From NCBI GenBank assembly GCA_964016885.1, contig OZ024744.1, forward strand, positions 60,264,001 to 60,328,000: DNA of 64,000 nucleotides. Direction: 5' to 3'. The DNA is from Eledone cirrhosa (lineage: Eukaryota). How positions within the stretch are numbered: the stretch's first letter is position 1; every line of letters begins with the position of its first letter. Of the stretch, positions 1 to 11,849 are shown one piece after another. Below the pieces are notes generated by a model. That model was not told the origin of the DNA. It saw only the letters and a list, made by a program, of their open reading frames with translations, and made no database searches. Position numbers and translations under genes: made by a program.

Positions 1-543
1 CCTGACGTACCCAGCTTCGCCTGGGTAAACAGATAAGAGAAGACAGTATTGGATCTTTGTCTGGTCTACAGTATGAGGCAAGACCGTGTTGTGTGTGTGT
101 GCTACAAAAACATAAACCGTAAAAAAAATCTTCCAGATACACCAGATTTTTCGTTTTACCATTTGTGTATAGTATATGAAGATTTCTAGATGTTTCCACT
201 CGTGAACAACCTACATATAACTGTCCATGGATAAAAAACGATTCTCTTGTATTCAATTCTACAACTTTGAAATTCTGAACCTGAGCTTTATGTACGGTTA
301 TAACAAAACTGACTCTAACAGGGAACTGAAGTCCTTAGAATTTGAATGGCAGCTTGGTAGAGGAAAGGATAAGAGAGTGAATTTGTCAATCTCTTGTGTT
401 TTTTTCAATACTGGTCTTGCAGTTACCCAGGATTTATAGACTCATTTTTTCAAAAGGTTGGAGGTGATTTACCTCCTCATGAAACTGACATGTAAATGAC
501 TGGGCATTTCATACAAATGTGTACCTAAATAAGAAAATATAAT

Positions 544-649
544 TGTTTCTACTTTTGGCACAAGGCCAGCAATTAGCCAGTGTATTACTGGTGCTTTATT
601 TTATCGACTCCGTAAGGATGAAAGGCAAAGTTAACCTCGGCGGGATTTG
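544..649 (-). mobile_element. 5'-truncated Nin/Deu-domain-type SINE with ~21-bp TSD
   Basis: Reverse complement matches the SINE at 59100-59292 (…ttaactttgcctttcatcc…gtcgataaaataaag…). The direct repeat acctaaataagaaaatataat lies at 523-543 and 650-670. Confidence 0.85.
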
Positions 650-699
650 ACCTAAATAAGAAAATATAATGTCAATTATTTTATGGTCATGCGCCGAGT

Positions 700-1457
700 G
701 ACCAGGAGACCTGCATGGTTTAAGAATTTCATCAAATCCTATCAGCATTCATCCTCCCGTTCCCCAATACCGCCGCCTCATTCCAAGGGAGCTAACTTGG
801 ATCTCCCTATCACTCCCCTCCACCGTTGTCATTGGATTCTGTTGAAATTAGTTCTACTCATCCTGTCATCCACCCCACCACTCTCATAACAGCTAGCTTG
901 CCTCCAACGTCACCTTCTCCCCAACCGAGTCCCACTGCCAGGGGCAACGCTGATCACCCAGTTCCCCCTTCTATCTCTATTGTTAACCTACCCCCCCCCC
1001 CCCCATCTGAACCCTAATTCTAATGTCAACTCCTCAGATGTTGCCAATTCACCACCAAACTTCGCCCTCTGGTCCTGAACCAGTCGTTACCTAAAGACAA
1101 TTGCATGTCACTCCTGCCGCCTAAATTACCACAGGAGCTGTGTTGGCATTACTAAGGTTCAAGCTGAAAGTTTCTCAAACTGGATGTGTAACCAATGTTA
1201 CTTCAGCTCTGATTCCCTTTGCAGGCCTGAAACTAACTCTGACGTTCAGATCTCTGTTGAGGACTTAGACGAGTCCGGGGGGGGGGGGGGGGGGAGGCAG
1301 TGGCAAAGTTAAAACTCATCAACAGGATCCCAAAGGGAACTCGGTTCAGTTTCACTCGTACTCTCTCCAAGCTGCTGAAGAACGTCTGCCTATCCAACAT
1401 CTTAGATTGGCAGAAACTATTCTTGTTTCCCTTAGTATCTCTCCATGTGCCCAACAT
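700..1457 (+). pseudogene. Decayed N-terminal part of a non-LTR retrotransposon ORF (probably CRE-like), with a partial PHD-like finger
   Basis: 1103-1200 translates as CHSCRLNYHRSCVGITKVQAESFSNWMCNQC. 1310-1455 gives KLINRIPKGTRFSFTRTLSKLLKNVCLSNILDWQKLFLFP, resembling the pre-RT region of CRE-like elements. Frames are broken at poly-C and poly-G runs. Confidence 0.45.
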
Positions 1458-2125
1458 GAAATATAACTGAGTAGGTTATAATCCTATGAGGTAAATTATT
1501 TAGTTCAAAAGAAGGGAAATAATTACCGATGTCAAATTTATCAATTTAACAATCTTACTTAAGTAAATATATGAATAGAAGAGACTATAAATACATTGTA
1601 TAACTATTTTAGAGAGTAAAGATGTATGCATTATAGCCAAATTTATCAATTTATATTAAATTTAATTTATTTAGATACAACCTAAATTTAAAATAGATGA
1701 AAAATTGTAACGGAGGAAGATTAAAACGGAGAAAAATAACAGGGAAAAATTAGTTAACTTATTTTGTCATATAATCTAGATTTTTTAAATAAAGATAACA
1801 AAATCACTTAACCCTTTAGCATTCAAACCGGCTGTATCCAGCCAGAATTCTCTCGCCTCTTTCTGTTCAAACTGGCTGTAAATGACTACTCATACTTATG
1901 ATAAGGTATTCTTCTCAAAATAAATATCATCAAAATCTCATAGATTGATATTATGTGAGATAATTATGTGAAATAAAGTGTTTACCATGAAAATACAATA
2001 GTATATATAGAGTATATATATATAAAGCTTAATTAGAAACTCGAAAAGTATTTGAGAATAGGTGGAGGCAAGAATTAAAACTATATATAAAGGAATATTC
2101 AATATTATGTTATCTATTTTAAAGC

Positions 2126-2800
2126 TTAACTAAACACGCTATGAAACATTTTCGAGAATTGGTGGAGGCACAAATTAAAGATTTCAGAGCGTTTATTAAT
2201 AATTAGTTTTCTATTATTAAGAATATAAAGAATTTCAGTGGTACATAGGTTACAACTTTTAGAAATGGAAGAATTTATATAATGTGAAGCATTAGAGAGT
2301 TTGTGCCAAGAGAGAGAATATTCTATATTACTATTTTTAAGTGACCAAATTACTTCAGATAAAACAGTACTAAATCTCTTGTCTTCTCTTTTAAATATGC
2401 TTATACCACCTTTCTTTAAATTTAGAGGAAGTGGCACCAATATAATTCTAAAACTTATCTTTTGTTTTAACAATGCATTCATAAACTAAATTACGATCAA
2501 GACAGTTATTAATTAATGGGCAAGAATAACTATTTTTACAATTGTCATTACTTAAATTGTTATTTAATGATGCCACTCTGTGTTCGTAGTTCCTAAGGTT
2601 TTCATCGTCTATGTTATTGGTAAAATTGTTGCTAACTGAGAAGTTATTTATTCTATTAGTGATTCTCTGATTATCATTAGGGGTTAATTCTCTATGAATA
2701 GTAAGATTCTGTCCAAGATGTTTTTACTAATAATACCTAAGTCAGATTTAGATGGAGCTATAAGTCTAACAGGTAGCTAAGATTCAAAATTGTCCTTATG
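2126..2800 (-). mobile_element. Penelope-like element remnant (GIY-YIG endonuclease C-terminus)
   Basis: Minus strand gives YIGATSSKFKERWYKH, then after a frameshift STVLSEVIWSLK…SW…CNLCTTE…INKRSEIFNLCLH, typical of PLE C-termini. Confidence 0.7.
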
Positions 2801-3332
2801 ATCATTCATGTTTAACTGTATATTTTCATATTACTACTTTTGTTTCCTAGAATATTTTTTCGTTTTTTCCTTTGATATAATATATATTTTTGATTTAATA
2901 CCTATTTTAATTGATTATAAGCAACATATAGACTGAATAATGGTAAATTTTTCTTTTTTTACCAATCTAATTACGCTTTTAAATAATTTATTAAACGTTT
3001 AAACCAATTGTAATTATTCTCCCACTCACGTAACCTCCTATGTGTTGAGTTTTTTTCTAGTCATATGCTTGGTGGTCACCGATCTGTCTAGTTCGATTAT
3101 CTACCAGCATATCATGAAAAATCATACATCTCATATGTATTTTGTCTGAAGAAGTTTTGGTTTATGTTATACATAAAACTTTGCAACTTCAAAATATATA
3201 TAATGAAATAAATAGAGATGATATAAAGTATATATCTTTCGTTTATTACTATTATTATTATAATAATACTCTGGATAAATATATACCGTTGAGTGCTTGA
3301 CATCTGTTATATACAAGAGTCAGTTGATTTGA

Positions 3333-3341
3333 TTACAAATC

Positions 3342-3431
<90 letters not shown>

Positions 3432-3447
3432 GATTTGTAAACAAATC

Positions 3448-3498
<51 letters not shown>
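3333..3498. repeat. (TA)n microsatellites embedded in a fold-back palindrome
   Basis: ttacaaatcaactaac-(TA)n-gttagttgatttgtaa spans 3333-3440. A second (TA)n run follows and again ends in gttagttg. Confidence 0.85.
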
Positions 3499-3499
<1 letters not shown>

Positions 3500-6400
3500 G
3501 CAACACTTAATGTTGGCACTCTCACAGATAGATCTGGTGAAATAGTGGAGATGCTGGAGAGAAGACATATGGATGTGTGCTGCGTGCAAGAGGTGAGATG
3601 GAGATGTGACTAGTCGCATGCAAACATCTTAGCTATAAGCTTTTCTGGGTAGGTAAGGATGATGGGTTAGGAGGAGTAGGCATTTTCCTGGCTGAGAGAT
3701 GGATCAATAAGACAATAGAGGTAGTTTGAGTTAATAATCGAATAATTAAGCTTAGATTAATTGTAGGCAGGAGACTACTGACAATCATCTCTGCCTATGC
3801 TCCCCAAGCAGGCCTAGGTAAAGAAGAGAAAGACTGCTTTTACGAGCAACTTTTACAAACAACCGCAATGACAGAGGACGGAGACATCGTTATGCTAGCA
3901 GGAGACTTCAATGGTCATGTTGAACAACTCCAGGGTGGATACACTGGGGTAAATGGTGGGCACAGTTACGGCTCAAGAAATGAAGAAGGAGTGAGACTTC
4001 TTGAATTTTGTGATGCAAGTACACTGACTATTTGCAACACTAACTTCCAGAAACCTGCCAACCACTAATAACCTACAAATCAGGGGAGCACATAAGCCAG
4101 ATTGACTTCTTACTAGTTAGGCAGTGAGACAGACAGATGGTGTCAAATACCAAGGCATACCCTGGGGAAGAATGTACCCCACAGCATAGGTTAGTCGTTA
4201 GTGATATCTCAGTAAGCAAGAGATGGAATGAGACATACAGGAAGGTGTGGAGAAGAAAGGTCTGGAAGCTAAAAGACCTTTCACTAAAATACAAATTTAG
4301 GAAAGCCCTTCAAGATGTGTATGACGAAAAAGAAGACGATTTAGAGTCGTATGACATAGATAATAACTGGAATTTCTTACGTGACAACTTACTGCAGTCT
4401 ACTAATGAAACTTATGGCTGGAGCAGAGTTCAACCAGACAGAGAGTGACCTGGTGGTAGAACAGCACAGTAGATAAGGCCATTAGAGACAAAAGACTGTC
4501 ATGGAAGGCTTGGAAAAAGGGTGGGTGTAGAGAAGGATATACAGCCGCTAAGAGAGAAGCTAGACGTCATGTGTACTTAGCACGCAGGGACGCTGAGAGT
4601 AGGAGGTTTGCTAATGTTCTGTGACGGGAAGATCAGAGGCGGGCGGTGTTCCACATTGCAAGGAAGTGGGTCAATGCAAATCAGGATGTTGTTGTAGATA
4701 AATGTGTCCGGGATGATGCCGGTGTACTTAGTATCATGAATGATCAGAAAAGGGAGGCATGGAATTGTCATTATGAGAGACTGATGAGTGTGGAGAACGA
4801 ATGGGAGAGAGAGAAATAACCCCCGGTAGATCCGACAGAGGGACCAGCTATTGATATTGACGAATATAGGGTCAACGAGGCGATTAAGGAAATGAAAAAT
4901 GGTAAGGCTGCTGGACCGTCGGGGATAGTTGCTGAGATGCTGAAGGCATCAGGGGACGTAGGCACTAAACTGGTTGCACGTATCACCAATCAGGCTATAT
5001 ATGGCAGTGTCATACCCAAAGACTGGTGCAGCAGTATTCTCATAAATTGCTACAAAAGTAAAGTGGATGCTCTGGCGAGGAGCAATTATAGGGGTATAAA
5101 ACTGATGGATCAGGTTATGAAAGTGGCAGAAAGGATATTAGCACAACTAATTAGAGAAAGGGTCAAACTAGATGAGATGCAGTTTGGTTTTGTGCCTGGG
5201 AAAAGTACAACAGATGCCCTCTTCTTGGTGAGACAATTGCAAGAGAGGTTCTTAGAGAAGAATAAGCCCCTATACTTAGTCTTTGTTGACCTAGAGAAGG
5301 CCTTTGATAGGGTACCCCGATCTGTCATCTGGTGGTCCCTAAAGAAACGGTATTGAGGAATGGGTTGTGAGGACAGTGCAAACTTTGTACAGAGGTGTTG
5401 TCAGTAAAGTCAGGGTAGGAATGGAGTTTAGTGAGGAATTCCAGATACAAGTAGGAGTACATCAAGGTTCAGACCTCAGACCGCTCATGTTCATTATAGT
5501 CCTCCAAGCCATAACAGAGGAGTTTAAGACTGGCTGCCCATGGGAACTTCTCTATGCTGACGATCTGGTTCTTATAGCAGAATCAGTAGAGGAGCTAGAG
5601 AATAAATTCTGGCTATGGAAACAGCAGTTGGAAGCAAGAGGACTGAGAGTGAACCTAGCTAAGACAAAAGTGTTGATGAGTAGAAAAGAGGACAAAACTC
5701 TGATTCCGTCAGGGAAATGGCCATGTTCGATATGCAGAAAAGGAACTGGCATAAATTCTATAAAATGCACACAATGTAGGTCCTGGGTACACAAGAGATG
5801 TAGTGGGATAGCAGGCAAACTAACAGGTAGGGAGAAATACGTATGCAGTAGATGTACAGGGAAATTAGACAGTAGAAGTCGCATTGATAGACACATTTTT
5901 CAAATACAGGCGGGTGCTATAGAAGTGGTGGATAGCTTCCGGTACCTAGGAGATCAGATTAGCATGGGAGGAGGGTGTTCCGAGGTCATAGTATCTAGAA
6001 TAAGGACGGGCTGGAAGAAGTTTAGGGAGCTGCTTCCTCTGCTGAAGAAGAAGGGTTTCTCCCTGCGTACGAAAGCCCGGTTATATGACGCCTGTGTGAG
6101 GAGCGCGATGTTGCATGGTAGTGAGACATGGGCAGCAACTGCAGAGGATATGCGATGACTGGAGAGAAATGAGGCAAGCATGCTCCGTTGGATGTGCAGT
6201 GTCAATCTGCGTGAACGACCGAGTATGGATGTGTTGAGAGAGAAACTGTGTCTGAGAGGGATAGAATGTAGTGTGCGAGAGAGGAGACTGCGATGGTATG
6301 GACATGTGATGCGCATGGAGAATGACCGATGGGTGAAGAAGTGCCAGAAAATGCCAGTTGAAGGAAGACGTGGTAGAGTTAGACCACGAAAAACATGGAA

Positions 6401-6539
6401 GGAGGTGGTGAGAACAGACCTGAGATCGCTTAAGCTCACGGTGGAGATGACGAAGGACTGTGACAAGTGGAGAGATGTGATGTGCTGAATAAGACCCGTC
6501 CCACCCTTGCAAGCATGGAAATGGAAAAGCCGACGTAAA

Positions 6540-6572
<33 letters not shown>
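3496..6572 (+). mobile_element. RTE-clade LINE, near-complete ORF (APE endonuclease + RT), inactivated by stops and frameshifts, (TGA)n tail
   Basis: APE motifs [25 protein letters not shown] and QIDF. RT motifs QFGFVPGKST, FVDLEKAFDRVPR, GVHQGS, YADD and FRYLG. C-terminus RLRWYGHV…RPRKTW. Tail cgtaaaa(tga)n. Confidence 0.93.
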
Positions 6573-6604
<32 letters not shown>

Positions 6605-6704
6605 TTTTACGTCCGCTTTAAGACAATAGAAGTAGTTATACATATATATATATATAACTACTTCTATTGTCTTATCGATCCATCTCTCAGCCAGTAAAAT
6701 GCCC

Positions 6705-7260
6705 ACCCCCCAACTAACCCATCATCATTACCCACCTAGAAAAGCTAATAACCACGATGTTTGCCTGCGATTAGTCTTGCAGAGGCACCTCTCCATCTCA
6801 CCTCCTGCACACAGCACACATCCACATGCCTTCTCTCCAGCATCTCCACTATCTCACCAGATCTACCTGTTAGAGTGCCAACATTAAGTGTGGTAACTCT
6901 GAGATGCGACGTCTCGTTCTTTTTCCTGTTGTGCGATTGCCTGATGAGGGTTGTGGGGTTCTCACACATGGCCTCACTAACCACCCTACCACCGTGCGCA
7001 ACCCTAACAAGGTTAGTGTTATTGCTGTTTACACAGTTGTTGTTGTGCGATTGCTTGATGGCGGTCGGGGGGGGGGGGTGTTCTCGCACATGGCCGCACC
7101 AGCCACCCCACTACCGTGTCAGCTCTAACATGGTTAGTGTTATTGCTGTTTATGCAGTTGTTGCAATTCTCATTTGTTGTGTTCACAGTTTTTGGCAGTA
7201 GTATATATACTGGTTGGATGCCCTTCCTAACACCAGCCCCACTTTACAGCATGGACTGGG
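6705..7260 (-). mobile_element. RTE LINE 5' fragment (5' UTR end and start of APE domain), with an internal ~120-bp duplication
   Basis: ORF 6745-7089(-) contains [37 protein letters not shown] and is homologous to 33170-33600. Confidence 0.85.
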
Positions 7261-7261
7261 T

Positions 7262-7648
7262 TCAGAGAGAAATGAAGCAAGCATGCTCTGTTGGATGTGC
7301 AATGTCAAGGTACATGAACGGCCGATCATGGATGTGTTGAGAGAGAAACTGGGTATAAGAGGGATAAGTTCTGGTGTGCAAGAGAGAAGACTGAGGTGGT
7401 ATGGACATGTGATGCACATGGAGGATGACCGCTGGGTAAAGAAGTGCCAAGAAATGCCAGTAGAAGAAAGACGCAATAGTGGAAGACCACAAAAAATATG
7501 GGCGGAGGTGGTGAGAGTAGACCTCAGATCACTGAAACTCACAGAGGAGATGACGAAGGACCGTGACAAGTGGGGAGATGCTGTACTGAATAGGACCCGT
7601 CCCACCCTTGCAAGCAGGGAAAAGCGGACGTAAAATGATGATGATGAT
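7262..7648 (+). mobile_element. RTE LINE 3' fragment with (TGA)n tail
   Basis: ERNEASMLCWMC…RLRWYGHV…GRPQKIW, then tail aaagcggacgtaaaatgatgatgat. Confidence 0.88.
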
Positions 7649-7831
7649 ATATATATATATATAATGTTGGTTCACCACTGGATAGAACTGGTCATTCCGT
7701 ATAGTCAGCTTGATGTAATATTAGGGAGAGCACTCAACGTTTTCGTTTGTGTTGTTGGTGGTGCGAGTACAGAGTTAATTATTATAAAATAACAGGAGGC
7801 TGGACTGGTGTAATTCCTTAAAGGTTTATTG

Positions 7832-7887
7832 TACTATGAACATTTCAATGACCGGGTTCAGTATGAATCCGGTGACATCATCAGGTA
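7832..7887 (-). ncRNA. Putative minimal type-I hammerhead ribozyme (Penelope pseudo-LTR type)
   Basis: Minus strand reads TAC-CTGATGA-[TGTCACCGGATTCATACTGAACCCGGTCATT]-GAAA-TGTTCA-TA-GTA, followed by CAATAAA. Confidence 0.55.
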
Positions 7888-8074
7888 TTCGAAATTTAAC
7901 AGAGGAATATAATAGACACAATCCATGGGACTGAAAAGGCAGAGAGATGAGAAGGCGGCCAAACATTTAGCTATTTCCAGTCCGGTTGGCCGCCTTCTCG
8001 TCTCTCTGCCTTTTCAGCCCCATGAATTGAGTCTACTATATTCCTTTGTTAAATTTCGAATACCTGATGATGTC
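7874..8074. repeat. Imperfect inverted repeat (89-bp arms, 23-bp spacer), probably inverted Penelope pseudo-LTRs
   Basis: Arms at 7874-7962 and 7986-8074, both ending outward in CTGATGATGTC. Confidence 0.85.
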
Positions 8075-8146
8075 GTCGGATCTTCTGAAACTAAAAAAAT
8101 GAATCTGTGAACGCAGAAGTAAATATTTCGAAAAACGTTAAACACC

Positions 8147-8765
8147 ATCATCATCATCATCATCACCGTTTTCCGTCCGTTCTTCCACGCTAGCATGGGT
8201 TAGACGGATTGTCCTGTTGTTGGCAGTGTCCGGTCGACTGACCATGCCTTGCTCATATGGGAACTGATTCTGGCTTGATTTCTACAGCTGGATGCCCTTC
8301 CTAACACAAACCTCATTTACAGTCAGTGCTGGGTGTTTTTTTCTGTGGCACCTACGCGTACACTTTACAGTGTGGGCTGGGTGCTTTTTTTCCGTGGCAC
8401 CTCCACGACCACTTTTCAGTGGGAGGGTGTGGGGGCATATTGTCTATATGCTTCAGCTTCGGCTTGTACTCATGGGGGGGGGGGGGGGGCGGGTCTTCTG
8501 TATTACTGCGTAACGCCAGAGGTCACGGTCGTGTGTCATCGCCTTTGAGAGGTGTAATTGAGTAAGGTCGGCTTTTATCACCTCATCCCAGGTCTTCTTG
8601 GGTCTCCCAACTCCGCGGTTTCCATCGACTTCTAGTGCTCTGCACCTTTTTATGCAGCTGTCATCCTTCATACGTATCACATGTCCATACCAACACAACC
8701 ACCTCTCCTGCACACAGCATTTGATTCCTCTTATGCTCAGTCTCTCTCTCAATTCGTTTATGCTT
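8147..8765 (-). mobile_element. 3' end of a second RTE family (RT C-terminus, 3' UTR, (TGA)n tail)
   Basis: ORF 8453-8752(-) contains LCWYGHVIRM…GRPKKTWDEV. The tail reads (cat)n on the plus strand. The UTR is homologous to 27570-27970. Confidence 0.8.
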
Positions 8766-8767
8766 TA

Positions 8768-8834
<67 letters not shown>

Positions 8835-8879
8835 CACTATATATACATATATACACACATACACACACACACAGATAGC

Positions 8880-9139
8880 GAAGTCAATGTTTTCATAATG
8901 TCGTAATGCAGACAGCCAGACATACAGCTATGTATCTATCTAAAAAGACAGACTAAGAAAGACAGAGAGATCGCTAACTGGCGCCTAATGCGGTCCTTAG
9001 GGCATTGAAAGTTTGAAATATTTTTTGCTTAAAACATTCATAAATAATACGTGTGTACAGTTTGAAAAAAATCGGTTGGGTGGTTCTCGAGTTTTAGGGA
9101 GTCAGACAGACAGACATTCTCTGTTTTAGATATATAGAT
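8880..9139 (-). mobile_element. Non-autonomous Helitron 5' end
   Basis: Minus strand begins TCTATATATCTAAAACAGAGAATGTCTGTCTG…caaccgatttttttcaaac, similar to the Helitron heads at 40717 and 44165. Confidence 0.55.
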
Positions 9140-10439
9140 ATATAATTATATATTCGTGTACAGATATTTTTGCATATACAAAAACAAAATATAAACAAAC
9201 GTATTTATTTCACGAAAGCACAGACGGCTTATCGTCATTGTTACTGCCGATATGCCACCCAAAAATCCCAGTACTTTTGGCACAAAGCCAGCAATTACAT
9301 AGTCAACAGTTCAGAAATCACATGCTGGCAGACCTAATATGGCGGCCGCCGATCCAGGAGGGCCACTTATTGACAGTGTTTCCAACTATGGTGGTCCGGT
9401 CTCCACAGTGGCCGAGGTATTCCGTACTTCTCTGTACTGTTTCAGAAAGGAGGGATAAACATATCAATCTATGTTTAGAATCCCGAGCAATGCCGGGTCA
9501 TTCTGCTAATTTGTATCTAAATATAGCATTTTTTAATGCACTATCAATCTTTTTTCTAAATTCATGCAAACTGATGCTCCCTATAAAATATTTACAAATG
9601 TCTGTATTTGTATGTATGGTTCCACAATGCATTACATACGCTAAAAGAAGTAACTCTCTTTTGTTGTTTTAATTGCATATCAATAATTATAGGTAATTAT
9701 GACATAACAGATATTATTTCAAATTTTTCCTCCACTTCAACTTTCCTGTCATCGAAGTTTACGCTGCTGAAATCTTTCTGCATTATTAAACTATCGATCT
9801 TTATCTTCAAAAAAGAAAAAAATAGTTGGAAAGCAGAAGTGAGGAAGAGGAGTTCCAGCTAGAAGTTCAATATTGTAAAAACAAGGTCATGAAAAATTAC
9901 GCTTCCTAATTCCAAAACAAGTGTATGCGAACTTTCATTAGGATTCAGGATTCAAAAATTAACCCATTTTTTAGGAAAAGAAACCCCTTGAAATTTCTTT
10001 AAGTTAGCAAACTTTTCAAGAATAGTCTGTTTTGATCCAATATACTTCTAAATTTTCCAGGAATAAACTTTGGTGTTCAAAAAGAGTCTAAAATCTTCTT
10101 AAAAGAAATAACAGTACAATATTGTAAAAACAAAGTACCAGTTGAAGTTCAGCCACATTGTGTTAGCTTTCATAAAGTCATAGAAAGTTAAGCAAAGTAA
10201 GGTGATACTAACTACAGCACAAACACACTTTACAACAAAAATACACAGAGCTATTTGGTGTTTATCAAAGTGAGGTGATACTAATAAGCAGAATAACACA
10301 CCGAGCTCCAATGATTCTAGCCTTCTATCTACAATGACATCTTAAATGAGGTAAGCTTCGCCATTGATTTAGATCTTCCTGGTGAATATAAAGGATTGTT
10401 GCTTTTTCACTCATTTCCAATTTAGTCCCAATTTCACTT

Positions 10440-11557
10440 TTCAAAAAAAGATGAAAAAGAATTCCTGACGTTTCAGAAGCCCTTCAGAGGCTGCCAACAA
10501 GACAACAAGGGAGAGACGATGTGGAGAGGAAAGAACAGAGAAAATAGAACCAAATAAAAATGACTTTAGTGATGATCATCCAAAAGCTAATGCAAACCAA
10601 GAACAGTGCAGCAAAGGCAGGTACAAATAACCAGAGCAAGGGCACTAGAGTCCCCTGCGCAAAGAACAGCAAAGAGCAGCTGCATTCAGGGCTGATGAGT
10701 TTTAGAGGAAAGGGAAAAACAGTTAGAGCAATTACATCAATAAAATGCAACCAGCAGGAACCAAGAGTCAAAAGAGGAAAGAGACAAACCTTTAAAGTGT
10801 GCAAGAGAAAGACAAGCTGCCAGATTTCATAATGAGACAATAGTTTAGTGAGAAATTCAACAAAAAAAAAAACTAGGAGCAAACAGTTTCAGCAAGACTT
10901 TGGCAATCCTCAAAGGAGAGACGTAAGCATCATAATCAAAAGAGGCTGAATAAGTTTGACAAAAGAGTAACACTTTTGAAGGGGACTTGTAAAAGGTTAG
11001 CTTTTTACTATGATCCAAAACATGATTATTCTATGGAGAAATTGATTGGTATTGGAGCAATGTCAAAAGATTGCAGTTTTTGTAAAGGAAAGAAAAGGGC
11101 AAGAGAAACCCTCACTATGTGTTGTGGAAGAGGAAAAGTTGTTTTACCAACATTTGGTGTACCCCCAGATACTTTGAAGGTGCTTCTTTTTTGGAAAACA
11201 CATCAAAAGGCATCCACTCCCTTTCCAAATGACAGCAATATTATAAGAGAAGGGAACTTCAAAGTTCAAGGTCAATTATACCATCAAATTGGATCTTTGT
11301 TGCCAACTGAAGGCAAAAACACAAATTTTTTTGCAGCTTTATTTCGTGGCAGATTAAAATGCACAGGCTTTGCAATTGTCTTTGAGATTTCTAAATCTGA
11401 AAGAAGAGTTAATCTTTGATCTGCAAGATGTGTTGAATGCAAATAATAGCTACATTAGCAAAAAACCTGTTGGTCAACGCAGAGGCCACTACAATGTCTC
11501 TGCTGTAAATGAACAAACAGCAATTCATTCCTGGGAAATGCTGGCAGCCTCTGCTAG
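10440..11557 (+). mobile_element. Internally deleted Helitron (N-terminal Zn-finger region of RepHel plus 3' terminus)
   Basis: IGAMSKDCSFCKGKK…MCCGRGKVVLP and FKVQGQLYHQIGSLLP. It ends ttcattcctgggaaatgctggcagcctctgCTAG|T at 11554-11557, matching the terminus at 20185-20188. Confidence 0.75.
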
Positions 11558-11849
11558 TAAATGATATAGACAAGGCCCTTAGAAATAGGACTAGAGGTAG
11601 ATATATACTACATGGTTTAACCCAACCTTAAACATAGAGGTGGATATACCTATATTTATATTTTTTCTCATTTATATGCAATTTCCTACTATAAAATTGT
11701 AAGTTATCTTATTCAACAATCCCAAATACAAGGAATATCATGACATCTAACAGAAAAGAAAAAAAACATAATAATAGTACTGCAACTAAGAGTTCAGATA
11801 CTATTTACAATTGCATTTGGTCTGAACCCAATGAGAAATAATTGTTTGG

